Shown here: positions 9,855 to 19,232 of the stretch, in pieces
Position numbering within the stretch: position 1 is the stretch's first letter
Layout of the letters: the number at the start of each line of letters is the position of its first letter
Program-made: the position numbers and the translations under genes
The notes under the pieces: model-generated
Database searches by the model: none
Told to the model about the DNA's origin: nothing
Seen by the model: the letters and a program-made list of their open reading frames with translations, nothing else
NCBI GenBank assembly: GCA_027036135.1
Contig: JALVSY010000007.1
Location: 324,880 to 388,879 of the forward strand
Source: Pyrodictiaceae archaeon
Lineage (GTDB): Archaea > Thermoproteota > Thermoprotei_A > Sulfolobales > Pyrodictiaceae
Direction: 5' to 3'
DNA: 64,000 nucleotides

Positions 9855-12800
9855 ATGAGTTCTGCTGAGGGCCAGGGAATGAAAGCACGCTATACAATTA
9901 GCCTCGTTTCGGCTCTCGCTTTAGCGATATTAGTCATCTCCACTTATTCCCTCGCCGCAAACGCTAGTGTAAGTGAGCTTGACAAACCATTCGGACTCAC
10001 AGTTAATATTGGCAACGTTTACATGTTTAAGAAACTGGCGAATAATATCTATCTTCTAGGCATAGACAAAAACGGGAAAAACTACGTAGCCTTAGTAGAA
10101 ATAAATGCTACAATTCCTCCTAGTGTGCACATTCTTGCAAACATCTCTGTGCCTTCTAAGCCGTGCTGCATAGCCGTAGATGATGAATCCAACCCTCTAT
10201 TGATAGGCATAGTTTACGGAGAAACCATACTAATATATGACTTTGCCTCGGGTAAGCAAATCCAGTTCGCTTTACGCGGAAAGCCTCTAAGAATATATCC
10301 TGTAGGGGAAAAATCATTTATCGTTCTAACGGATAAGGCTCTTATTGCAGTAAAATACAATGAAAACGGCTGGTTCGAAGAAAGGATCCTAGTAGGAAAT
10401 CTTCTTGAAAATAAGAGGGAGGGGCGACACATATTTGATATCTTACCGATATATCGGAATGGACTTAATTATAGCTATATAAATGTCGCAGAGGAAGCAG
10501 CAGCGTATGATGTTAGAGCACAAGCCCTATTACTATGGAATAATGGTACATTGATCAAGAATGGACAACTTATAGGCCTAATAAGGGAAAAGTCAATAAC
10601 AACGCCTTTTTCACAAATAGTTAATGGCACAGCTACTTTACTACTTTTGCCTGGCTCGTATAACTTATCACTATTTCTCAAACAAGGTAGTGTTTGCATA
10701 AAGGGCCCAACAATTCAGGTAAAGGCTGGAGCAAACACACTTCTACGCCTAGGCACAATAATGTTCTCAAATACCAGTATAACGGCTTGTCCCGAGCCTC
10801 TGGAGGCCCGATACCTCGTTCTTATAGGGCCCGGATTCCCGCCAAAAGAGATAGTACTACCAGACTCGAGTTCACAGAAACTAGGAGACATAAAATTACT
10901 AGCTGCATATATACTAAACAAACATCTATATATATGGATTACTGGGGCAAACTCCAAGATATTTACTCGTGACAAATTCGTAGCCGTACTGGTATATGAC
11001 ACAGACACGCTAAAGCCATTAACTAATTTATGGCGATTCTATGACGGAGTAGAAGCTACACAACTCATATTTAGTAAAGACTACAAAGTGGTTGCATTCT
11101 CCTCACAAAACAAGATATACATAGCAATCATGAAGAATAATACATACTACTTAGCTTGGAGCCTTCCTCTCCAAGACACTGTAAACTCCATATCAATTAC
11201 AAAGTATGATAACGGGTACTTAATGCTATCAATAAGCAAAAGCAGCAAAATCCAACTAGCATTTATAAAAGAATCACACCCTCCAACTATACTGACTCTC
11301 TCCAGCTACAATACCCCGTGGATATCCCTTAGAGGAGCGCAGATAGGATACATCTCCACGAAGCCCATGCTCTATGTAGTTATTTCATCACCAAAAGGCT
11401 TAACAATAATCACTAACATGGACAAGACCATACAGAGATCAATATATATTAAGAATATTTACAATTATATGGTCGGATACGTGGGTATCATCGTATACAA
11501 CCCAGATGGCGAAATAATAAAAGACTACACGGTTGAGGCGAACCTAACTTATCATAATGTTACACTGCTTAGTATGAAGACTACAACCTCTAACGGAGAA
11601 GCAAGGATACCTTGTATAAGTTATGGCTCAGTAAATGCGCTTATAATACCTCTAAATAGGGAACTGTATAGAACAAAACTAATTCATATAAACTGTAGCA
11701 ACACAGAAATAAAATACGATGACATAAATATTACATTGCCGTATGTTCACCATAAACTAATACTCTCGATTGTTGACAAGTACTCCAATACACCCCCTCT
11801 ACATAACCTTGAAATCGTACTCATAGACATTAAGAGGAATATCACTAGAAGAGTAATATATCCAGCGAAAGCAGATTCAATTGTAATAAAGGACCTAGTG
11901 CCAGGGAAATACTTGATAAGGATAATTGATCCAAAGGGTACTCTTTACGAGCCAAAGCAAGTTAATATAAGTATCATGAAAGATATGTTCGTAAAAATAT
12001 CTATAAGTAGGAAACCCGTTATAGTAACAATAAGATTAATACCGAGGCTTAGTAAGGCTGCAAAGAACATGCAGATTCCCGACAAGCTTAACATAACCGT
12101 CCACGTCAATAGGAAAACCCTCTTCAACTACATGGTAATGGCTCCCTCAAAGGCACCTATCGATATTAGCTTTACAACACTATATCGGGGAGCTGCAACG
12201 ATAGAAATAAGAGACATTCCGGCGCCAGGATACGGCAAAATCTTTAAAGATATAAGAAAAACGATATACATCGGAACAGAGTCGACGTCATTCTTATATA
12301 ATATAATCTTGCAACAACTTGAGCACCCAGTAACAATACATATAGTAACACCGTCAAATAAGCCTCTTAGACACATATTAGAGGTATATCCGGCGAATTC
12401 AACAACACCACTTAGAACAGTTAATTCGACTACAACTGCATATGAGCTATTCCTACCGATAGGGCATTATTGCTTCCACGTAATTCCACTAGCTGAGTAC
12501 CTAGGCTTCAAATTATACAAGCCAGTAACCTACTGTAGCAAGATAACGGGAGCAGAGAACCAAGTTATTAGCATAAAGGTAAAGAGACTACGAAAGCTCG
12601 CAAACATAACTATTATAGACCCCTTATCCAGGGGAGGAGTCATACTCGATAATATAACTATAACCCTTGACGGAAGAACTGTAGCCTCGTTACCTAAGGG
12701 CAAACCAAAGACACTAACACTGCCATTGCTACTTAATGGTTCAACTATTAGTATAGATTCAGAGCACGATGTATACAAGCCGTTAAAGAAGAACGTTAAG

Positions 12801-13211
12801 CCTCAGCGCAAACCACTAATATTGAAGATAATAAGGACACCGTTCAAGTATGAACTAACTATACTTAGTACACATGGGAAGACACTAGCAGGAGCAGTAG
12901 TTACCATAAATGGTATGGATAATATCTTGCACTTAAAATATACAGCAAACGAGAAAGGCATGATCAGCATAACATTGCCCTACGGAACATATCATATATG
13001 CGTATCTAGACCAGGGTACATAACTAAGTGCTATACACTAGGTATCCATGCATCCGCAAGCGACGTCATAACACTTAAACCGACACTAGCTACTATTATC
13101 CGAGGCTACATAATACCGATTACGATAGTAGTAATAGGTGTGCTCCTAGTGCTAGTGACAAGAGCGTATTTCAAGCGAGTCCTAGAGCGCTTGTCGGAGG
13201 AGGAGTTCTAG
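9855..13211 (+). CDS. large cell-surface protein: signal peptide, beta-rich repeats (carboxypeptidase-regulatory/PEGA-like), C-terminal TM anchor
   Basis: Hydrophobic N-terminus; repeated L-P-G/YG-x-Y motifs (LLPGSY, LVPGKY, LPIGHY, LPYGTY); many N-x-S/T sequons; TM helix YIIPITIVVIGVLLVLV followed by a short charged tail. Confidence 0.75.
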   Translation: MSSAEGQGMKARYTISLVSALALAILVISTYSLAANASVSELDKPFGLTVNIGNVYMFKKLANNIYLLGIDKNGKNYVALVEINATIPPSVHILANISVPSKPCCIAVDDESNPLLIGIVYGETILIYDFASGKQIQFALRGKPLRIYPVGEKSFIVLTDKALIAVKYNENGWFEERILVGNLLENKREGRHIFDILPIYRNGLNYSYINVAEEAAAYDVRAQALLLWNNGTLIKNGQLIGLIREKSITTPFSQIVNGTATLLLLPGSYNLSLFLKQGSVCIKGPTIQVKAGANTLLRLGTIMFSNTSITACPEPLEARYLVLIGPGFPPKEIVLPDSSSQKLGDIKLLAAYILNKHLYIWITGANSKIFTRDKFVAVLVYDTDTLKPLTNLWRFYDGVEATQLIFSKDYKVVAFSSQNKIYIAIMKNNTYYLAWSLPLQDTVNSISITKYDNGYLMLSISKSSKIQLAFIKESHPPTILTLSSYNTPWISLRGAQIGYISTKPMLYVVISSPKGLTIITNMDKTIQRSIYIKNIYNYMVGYVGIIVYNPDGEIIKDYTVEANLTYHNVTLLSMKTTTSNGEARIPCISYGSVNALIIPLNRELYRTKLIHINCSNTEIKYDDINITLPYVHHKLILSIVDKYSNTPPLHNLEIVLIDIKRNITRRVIYPAKADSIVIKDLVPGKYLIRIIDPKGTLYEPKQVNISIMKDMFVKISISRKPVIVTIRLIPRLSKAAKNMQIPDKLNITVHVNRKTLFNYMVMAPSKAPIDISFTTLYRGAATIEIRDIPAPGYGKIFKDIRKTIYIGTESTSFLYNIILQQLEHPVTIHIVTPSNKPLRHILEVYPANSTTPLRTVNSTTTAYELFLPIGHYCFHVIPLAEYLGFKLYKPVTYCSKITGAENQVISIKVKRLRKLANITIIDPLSRGGVILDNITITLDGRTVASLPKGKPKTLTLPLLLNGSTISIDSEHDVYKPLKKNVKPQRKPLILKIIRTPFKYELTILSTHGKTLAGAVVTINGMDNILHLKYTANEKGMISITLPYGTYHICVSRPGYITKCYTLGIHASASDVITLKPTLATIIRGYIIPITIVVIGVLLVLVTRAYFKRVLERLSEEEF

Positions 13212-13305
13212 CTTCCAATCAAATCTTATATTTCTTAGTCTTCAAGCTACTATTAAATACGACCGAGAAGACCCTCTCTCCAGGAGGCTAAGAGGGGCTT
13301 AGGAC

Positions 13306-13737
13306 TTGGGCACCGGGATACGAGAGTTCTCTTCGGCGCAGGAACTACTCCGATTTATTGATGCACAGCTAACGGATCTTAGGAAGACACTAGGTGATCT
13401 TCTTAGAGTCATCGAAGAGCTTAGGGCAAAAAGTGAACTAGATAAAAGGATCCGTGAGCTACTACTAAGGCTAAGCAAGCAAGGAGCCGGAGAAAGTAGC
13501 GCAGAAAATAGGCTAGAGATTGTAAAGCTGGGAGACGCGATTGAACTCGTTATTAATCCGTCACCATCAGTTGAGCTCCGCTACTTGGAGGACCTGGCCG
13601 AAACAATAAACAAGAAGATAGCGAAGCTCCAAGCCGCTAGGAAAGGTGTTGAACAGCTTGCCGAGATAGGTCTCGAGGCTAAACTTGACGTTATACTCGT
13701 AGACGATGTTCCAATAACCATATTTATAAAATTCTAG
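13306..13737 (+). CDS. hypothetical coiled-coil protein
   Basis: Two long amphipathic helices separated by a beta hairpin; RBS-like GAGGGG upstream. Confidence 0.65.
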   Translation: MGTGIREFSSAQELLRFIDAQLTDLRKTLGDLLRVIEELRAKSELDKRIRELLLRLSKQGAGESSAENRLEIVKLGDAIELVINPSPSVELRYLEDLAETINKKIAKLQAARKGVEQLAEIGLEAKLDVILVDDVPITIFIKF

Positions 13738-13739
13738 TC

Positions 13740-13795
13740 ATTTTTATTGAATTATATCTATACCATGCATGGTATAGATATAATTCAATAAAAAT
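13740..13795. repeat. perfect 56-bp palindrome (no spacer)
   Basis: ATTTTTATTGAATTATATCTATACCATG|CATGGTATAGATATAATTCAATAAAAAT; the 28-nt arms are exact reverse complements. Confidence 0.97.
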
Positions 13796-13865
13796 ATGAT
13801 ATTACTGCTGGTCACATCATCGATTAACCTATCGAGTCCAGCAACGGTGAGGAGAACTGCAATTA

Positions 13866-14789
13866 ATGAAATACATTATCGAAGGAATCGCAACAATAAG
13901 GTCTGCCAACTTATACTATTTCCTCATAGCGCTTGCAGTTTACTTATTATCTGTATTATTATATGCACTAAGACTAAAAATTATTTTAAAAAATATTTAT
14001 ATAAAAATATCTATTTTAGATGCGATAACTGCACAGTTTCTAACAATAACTGTTAATAATCTAACACCCAGCGCTAAAACAGGAGGAGAACTAGCCAGGG
14101 CTGCCTACGTCTATGCAAAAACTAAGGCATCATTGGCTAATATAATCACTGCTATTGTGTTTGAGCGCTTAAGCGAGGCATTTCCAATTACCGCATTAGC
14201 TCTTATTGCTTTCTACGCTACTTTAATATCTCATAGAGTTAGTATATATGTTATTGCCGCCGTTATGCTCCCAGTGCTAGGAATAATTCTTGGAATTAAA
14301 TACTGGGACAAGTTCATGGAATATTTGCTAAGAAAGAGTGAGGAAAGAGGATTAACACTAATTAACGAGGAAGAAGAACTAACTTCTCTTAAAGAGATGA
14401 TGAGGAATTATAAGCTTCTTTTACTGGCTATTGGACTTAGCTCCTGCGTATGGGCTCTTGATGTGTTACGGCTATATATAATAGGATTATCTGTTGGCTG
14501 GCATGCACCGCTATTTAAATTTATGCTCTTAAGTGTATTTTACCTAATAATAGGATTATTTGCCATAACACCGGGTGGCTTAGGTATAGTTGGCGGTGGT
14601 TTAACTGCCGCACTTGTTGCACTCGGAGCACCAGCTAATAAGGCAATAGCAATAACAATTATAGAGAGACTTATATCTTATGGCATTGCTACGCTAATCG
14701 GGGGTGTCGTTGCCACACTTACTGGAGGATGGCAGGCATGGAAACTCTTAAGATTGCGCTGGCGTCGGACTGGTTCTACCCCAAAATAG
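13866..14789 (+). CDS. UPF0104 / lysylphosphatidylglycerol-synthase-TM family membrane protein (putative flippase)
   Basis: NNLTPSAKTGGELAR, FERL, TPGGLG, ERLISY motifs; multi-TM. Confidence 0.88.
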   Translation: MKYIIEGIATIRSANLYYFLIALAVYLLSVLLYALRLKIILKNIYIKISILDAITAQFLTITVNNLTPSAKTGGELARAAYVYAKTKASLANIITAIVFERLSEAFPITALALIAFYATLISHRVSIYVIAAVMLPVLGIILGIKYWDKFMEYLLRKSEERGLTLINEEEELTSLKEMMRNYKLLLLAIGLSSCVWALDVLRLYIIGLSVGWHAPLFKFMLLSVFYLIIGLFAITPGGLGIVGGGLTAALVALGAPANKAIAITIIERLISYGIATLIGGVVATLTGGWQAWKLLRLRWRRTGSTPK

Positions 14790-15976
14790 GTGGCATTGAG
14801 ACTCATATACAAGAGCTAGCTTATAACCTTTTAAAGCTTGGTCACGAGCCCCACGTAATAACTCATGATTATCGTAAATTCCCCTCTAGATTTGAAGATA
14901 ATTTCCCTTTTCCTGTACATAGGCTTAAAGGCGAAATATACAATGCTAAGGAACATGTTAGTCTAGGTGTTTTGCTAATTCATCAAGCAAACAAGCTATA
15001 TAAGAAAGAGAAATTTGATTTGACACATATACATAGCATTTACTCGCCTCTCGGCATCCTTGTAGCTAATGTCTCAAGAGGAGTACGCGGTGTCCCAGCA
15101 ATAGCAACTAATCACTCATTCTTTGAATGGGATCTAAGGCGTGAACTCTGGCTACCCGTGCTAAGATACGCACTAAAAAGAATTGATGCCATAATAGCTG
15201 TCAGTAGAGCTGTTGCACAGGACGTGAAGAAGGTAATTAAGCATAAAGATAAACCTATCTATATAATCCCTAATGCTATTGACATTGGTTTTTGGAGGCC
15301 CCCTGACCACGAGGAGCGAGTAAAGGCTCGGCGAATGATAGGGGCTGAGCCTTTCGACTTTGTTGTTTTTGCACCAGGTCGTTTCACTGAGCGAAAACGT
15401 ATACACGAGGTTCCGCGTATAGTTGCTAATGCATCACGTCTCCTCGGTCCCGGGAAAAGGCGCTTATACCTCGTAATAACAGGCGACGGCCCATTAGCTG
15501 ATAAGGTTAGGGACGAGGTCCGGCGTTATTCGGATCTAATAAGAGTCCATCTTAACGGGTTTGTTGATAGAAGAATGATGCGCAACTACTACTGGGCGGC
15601 CGACCTCACTATAGTCCCTTCAAGGCTCGAGGCATTCTCGATAACCGCTCTCGAGTCTATGGCGTGTGGAACCCCTGTAATAGGGTATAGGGGTGGTGGT
15701 ATAGAGGATCTTATCCTTGACTCCATAACCGGGTTCCTAGTGGGAGACGATAGAGAGGCTGCTGAGAAGATAGCACTACTAGCAATGAATGATGGCCTTC
15801 ATGCTAGTATGAGGGATAAAGCGCCGTATCATGTAGCGAAGAATTTTTCGTGGGATAAGGTGATTTACTGGATACTCGACGTGTACAAGACTGTAATGGA
15901 CTCAGCTAATCCCGAGGAGAGACTATTCCTCCTATACAAGGCGTGGCTAGGGCTGACGAGGCCATGGAGAAGATAG
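14738..15976 (+). CDS. GT4 glycosyltransferase, PIG-A-like (phosphatidylinositol GlcNAc transferase-like)
   Basis: ASDWFYPKIGGIETHI N-terminus resembles PigA SDFFYP..GGVE.HI; ATNHS; EAFSITALESMACG EX7E motif. Confidence 0.88.
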   Translation: METLKIALASDWFYPKIGGIETHIQELAYNLLKLGHEPHVITHDYRKFPSRFEDNFPFPVHRLKGEIYNAKEHVSLGVLLIHQANKLYKKEKFDLTHIHSIYSPLGILVANVSRGVRGVPAIATNHSFFEWDLRRELWLPVLRYALKRIDAIIAVSRAVAQDVKKVIKHKDKPIYIIPNAIDIGFWRPPDHEERVKARRMIGAEPFDFVVFAPGRFTERKRIHEVPRIVANASRLLGPGKRRLYLVITGDGPLADKVRDEVRRYSDLIRVHLNGFVDRRMMRNYYWAADLTIVPSRLEAFSITALESMACGTPVIGYRGGGIEDLILDSITGFLVGDDREAAEKIALLAMNDGLHASMRDKAPYHVAKNFSWDKVIYWILDVYKTVMDSANPEERLFLLYKAWLGLTRPWRR

Positions 15977-16698
15977 TCATTCTGAGCTTTGATGTTGAGC
16001 GTGATTGTCCTCCTTATCTCGATACCAGCGAGGGAATAAAACACGGGCTACCACATATATTAGACCTTTTAGAAGAGGAGAAGGTAAGAGCAACCTTCTT
16101 CACGACCGGTTACATAGCCGAGAGGTATCCAGTGCTTGTTAGGAGAATCGTTGATCTTGGACACGAGCTCGGAGCCCATGGATATAGACATGAGCGTTTC
16201 GACAAGATAGGCTTAGATGAGGCAGAGAGGGTGCTTAGTAAGGCTACTCAGGTTCTCAAAGGGTTCTATGATGTAGTGTCGTTCCGTGCACCTAATCTCC
16301 AGCTACCAGAGCCCTATGTTAAGCTTCTCCAAAAACTCGGCTACTATGCTGACTCCTCAACAGCTATCTATAAGCCGCCTTTCCGCAGAGGTATAGAGGT
16401 ATTCGAGGAGGGCATTGTCCGGATCCCAGCCTCTATCACTTCCTCGGTGCTTCGCTTACCGTGGGGGCTTCAGCGCATAGTGCACAAGCGTCTTCCTTGG
16501 CCTATTGTTTACTTCTCTCACCCCTGGGAATACATAGATATGCGTGAGAAGCCTGTGCGCTTTGATTGCCGCTTCGGAACCGGGGTACCAGCACTCAATA
16601 ATCTCAAGAAACTTATACGCTTCCATAGGGAGAGAGGGGCCGTCTTCATGACCGTAAGGGAGTTTGCTGAAAGAATCCTAGCAAAGAGGCTTGTATAG
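15964..16698 (+). CDS. polysaccharide deacetylase (NodB/CE4)
   Basis: LSFDVE, ATFF, GHELGAHGYRH, FRAP, YFSHPWE. Confidence 0.9.
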   Translation: MEKIVILSFDVERDCPPYLDTSEGIKHGLPHILDLLEEEKVRATFFTTGYIAERYPVLVRRIVDLGHELGAHGYRHERFDKIGLDEAERVLSKATQVLKGFYDVVSFRAPNLQLPEPYVKLLQKLGYYADSSTAIYKPPFRRGIEVFEEGIVRIPASITSSVLRLPWGLQRIVHKRLPWPIVYFSHPWEYIDMREKPVRFDCRFGTGVPALNNLKKLIRFHRERGAVFMTVREFAERILAKRLV

Positions 16699-16702
16699 GA
16701 GC

Positions 16703-18325
16703 TTAGGCGGGTTTTACCCGGCCTTCGAGGAAGGCTCTTGCTGCCTCCTTCTCATTCTCTCCTAGCTGTAGCTCGTTTGCCTCGAGGAACTTGCTGGCTA
16801 GCTCTGTGCTCTTTGTCGCTGCCCCTATGGCGGCGTAGACTAGGAATGATTCGTAGAGATTTCTTTTCTCGCTTAGCCTTGTAGCTAGGTCTTTGTAGCC
16901 GCTGAGGTATAGGTAGCCTAGTGTCGGCATTCTCCTTCTTACCTCAATATTTGTGCTCCATGGAGGGCTTGGCGGCTCCTCGCCCTTGATCAAGGCGTTT
17001 ACTCGGGCACTGGTATACTCTATGCCCTGTTTGAGGAGTTCACGCTGTTCTTCTACTTTCTCAGTCCTATATGGGTAGGAGACGTCTCGTAGACTGTCTA
17101 TAAGTGTGCTGGGCTGCTTATCCACGATGTAAAGCAGTGACGACGCTATTGCTGCTGCTATGGCTCGTATTCTCTGAACCGATATATGGTCCGGCGTGTC
17201 TAGGCTCGTGTGGTAATACTTATCGGGCCACTCATTGAGCATCGAGGCCGGGACACCAAGGGATAATAGTACGTCATGATCGCTTCCTGGCTCATAGCGT
17301 GCCGGGGAGGCGTAGTTGTCCCTATCCTTCTCGGATAGCACACTGTCTAGTACCGGGTCTATTATGTTTAGCATTGGTGGCGGGCTACGCACTATTCTTA
17401 GGGCTCCCCCTGTCTCCCTGAGGCTTGCTGCAACCATGTCCACGCTTAGCCCAGCTATAGTAGTACTTGTGTCTAGCAAGCCATGAATATGTGCTGCAGC
17501 CGTCCCAGTCCACTCGGGAACAAAGAGCGCCTCTATGCGTAGCCCCGCGTTCTCCACCTTGTTCGTGAACGTGCTAAGAGCTGCCAGTGCCTCGAAGAGT
17601 ACTGCTACTCCGCTTGCATTGTCGTGGCTACCTGGCCTGGGGTGACAGATATGTGCCACGAGAACAATGCTCGCTGAGCCACTGCCTATCCTGGCCCGTA
17701 GTATGGGCGTGTTCGATAAGGCATCATAGGATGAATCGACACTTACTCTTATCTTCTTACCTATCAGGCTTAGCGCGGTGGAGCCTGGCACGCTGATAGC
17801 TAGTGTTGTTGGGGTGCTGCGGAAGTGTGGTGGGTAGAGGCCCCAGTACCTTATGCCTGGGCCTAGGTGGAAGGCAACTATCGCTTCTGCTCCCTGCTCC
17901 TCTAGCATATAGTACTTTGCCTGGTTAAACGAGTCAGTAGCGAGAACCGGGGGTTCCTTGAAGCGGAGCACCCCCTCAGTGCTACCCGGCGGGGAGCCAG
18001 CTATCGCTACAAGCGGGGTCTCAGCTGTGCTAATTACTTCTCTCCAGCGACTATTCTCCCACACTTCTAGTGATGCGTTATTGAGCGTCCAGCCACGGGG
18101 CTCCCAGAAGCCCCAGTACTCGTGAAGACCAAGAGGGCCCCGAAGATTCTCGTAGCGATACTCTATGCCGAGCTCGTCGAGAACGTGAGCAACGTGCTCC
18201 ACCGCTACCACTATTTCCTCGCTGCCCCGTACCCGGTGGAGCCTCGATAAAGACGCTAATAGCTCAAAGCCTCTCAGCGGATCAATTCTTTTCAGTGCAG
18301 CACCGAATAAGTCCTCGAGACCCAT
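16703..18325 (-). CDS. DUF4910 / M28 Zn-peptidase-like protein
   Basis: HRVRGS, AHICHPRPGSHDNASG, VPEWTG, GSDH, WPDKYYHTSLD. Confidence 0.85.
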   Translation of the reverse strand: MGLEDLFGAALKRIDPLRGFELLASLSRLHRVRGSEEIVVAVEHVAHVLDELGIEYRYENLRGPLGLHEYWGFWEPRGWTLNNASLEVWENSRWREVISTAETPLVAIAGSPPGSTEGVLRFKEPPVLATDSFNQAKYYMLEEQGAEAIVAFHLGPGIRYWGLYPPHFRSTPTTLAISVPGSTALSLIGKKIRVSVDSSYDALSNTPILRARIGSGSASIVLVAHICHPRPGSHDNASGVAVLFEALAALSTFTNKVENAGLRIEALFVPEWTGTAAAHIHGLLDTSTTIAGLSVDMVAASLRETGGALRIVRSPPPMLNIIDPVLDSVLSEKDRDNYASPARYEPGSDHDVLLSLGVPASMLNEWPDKYYHTSLDTPDHISVQRIRAIAAAIASSLLYIVDKQPSTLIDSLRDVSYPYRTEKVEEQRELLKQGIEYTSARVNALIKGEEPPSPPWSTNIEVRRRMPTLGYLYLSGYKDLATRLSEKRNLYESFLVYAAIGAATKSTELASKFLEANELQLGENEKEAARAFLEGRVKPA

Positions 18326-18332
18326 TAAATAC

Positions 18333-19100
18333 TCACCCCTTACCTCTAAGTACTGCCTCAGCTAGCTCTGTTCCACGTGGCAGCCAGAAACCATGGTCAA
18401 GCGCATACCGAAGTATTGATTCTAGTATCTTTATTCTCGAGCCTCGTCCTATACACTGCGGATGCATAGTGAGCGCTACATAGCCACGCGTCTCTAGAAC
18501 GTAGGCTAGCTCATCCATCCACATGTCTAGGAGTTCTCGTGGTGTAAGGGAGCGATAGTACTCAAGATAAGGCCAGTCATCGAGCCTCCAATCAACCGGT
18601 AGCTCAGCTATCCTTCTGCCACGGTGCTCTATAATGTATGGCTCCTCGTCATCCATAAGGCTACTATCATACATTATACCATAACTCGCTATGAAGCCGA
18701 GGGTATTCGTGCTCCATCTCCAATAGGGGGCACGGAACCCTAGAGGCTTCTTCCCCGTCTTCTCTTCTATCTCTTTGACCATTTTGTGGAATACCTGGTT
18801 CTCGGCCTCCCAGCTGAGCTCGTCAAGCCTCTCATGCATATACCCATGCCCTGCAACCTCGTGACCAGCACTGATTATCCTCTCTATTAGCTCCGGGTAG
18901 TTCTCAGCAACCCATCCAGGCACAAAGAAGGTCGTCCTAACACTGTACCGAGAAAGCACATCGAGTACTTTGCCGAGGCCACGCCTCGCTGCGAATCTAC
19001 CACGGCTCCTCGCAACGGGGTCTGCCTTTCTATAGGCCTCCGCCGAGTCTACGTCGAGGTCAAAACTAAGGAACAGGATAGGCCTCCTCACTACTTGCAA
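18333..19100 (-). CDS. polysaccharide deacetylase (CE4, PuuE/PgdA-like)
   Basis: LSFDLD, TTFFVPG, GHEVAGHGYMH, GFRAP, YDSS, LDDWPY, LTMHP. Start likely TTG at 19100. Confidence 0.88.
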   Translation of the reverse strand: MQVVRRPILFLSFDLDVDSAEAYRKADPVARSRGRFAARRGLGKVLDVLSRYSVRTTFFVPGWVAENYPELIERIISAGHEVAGHGYMHERLDELSWEAENQVFHKMVKEIEEKTGKKPLGFRAPYWRWSTNTLGFIASYGIMYDSSLMDDEEPYIIEHRGRRIAELPVDWRLDDWPYLEYYRSLTPRELLDMWMDELAYVLETRGYVALTMHPQCIGRGSRIKILESILRYALDHGFWLPRGTELAEAVLRGKG

Positions 19101-19232
19101 CCCAGAACCCCCGAGACACCCAGGGAGAAAGGGATGACAATTGGCTTCTTCCCGTCTCTGAGCACATGTAGTAACAAGCACAATTCTAATAAAGGCTGAT
19201 TAGGTTAATTGTCTTGAAAGGCGTGACCCTTC

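Noticed and set aside
13796-14056. 86-aa ORF starting right after the palindrome
   Set aside because: Out-of-frame overlap with the UPF0104 gene and a composition typical of AT-rich shadow ORFs.
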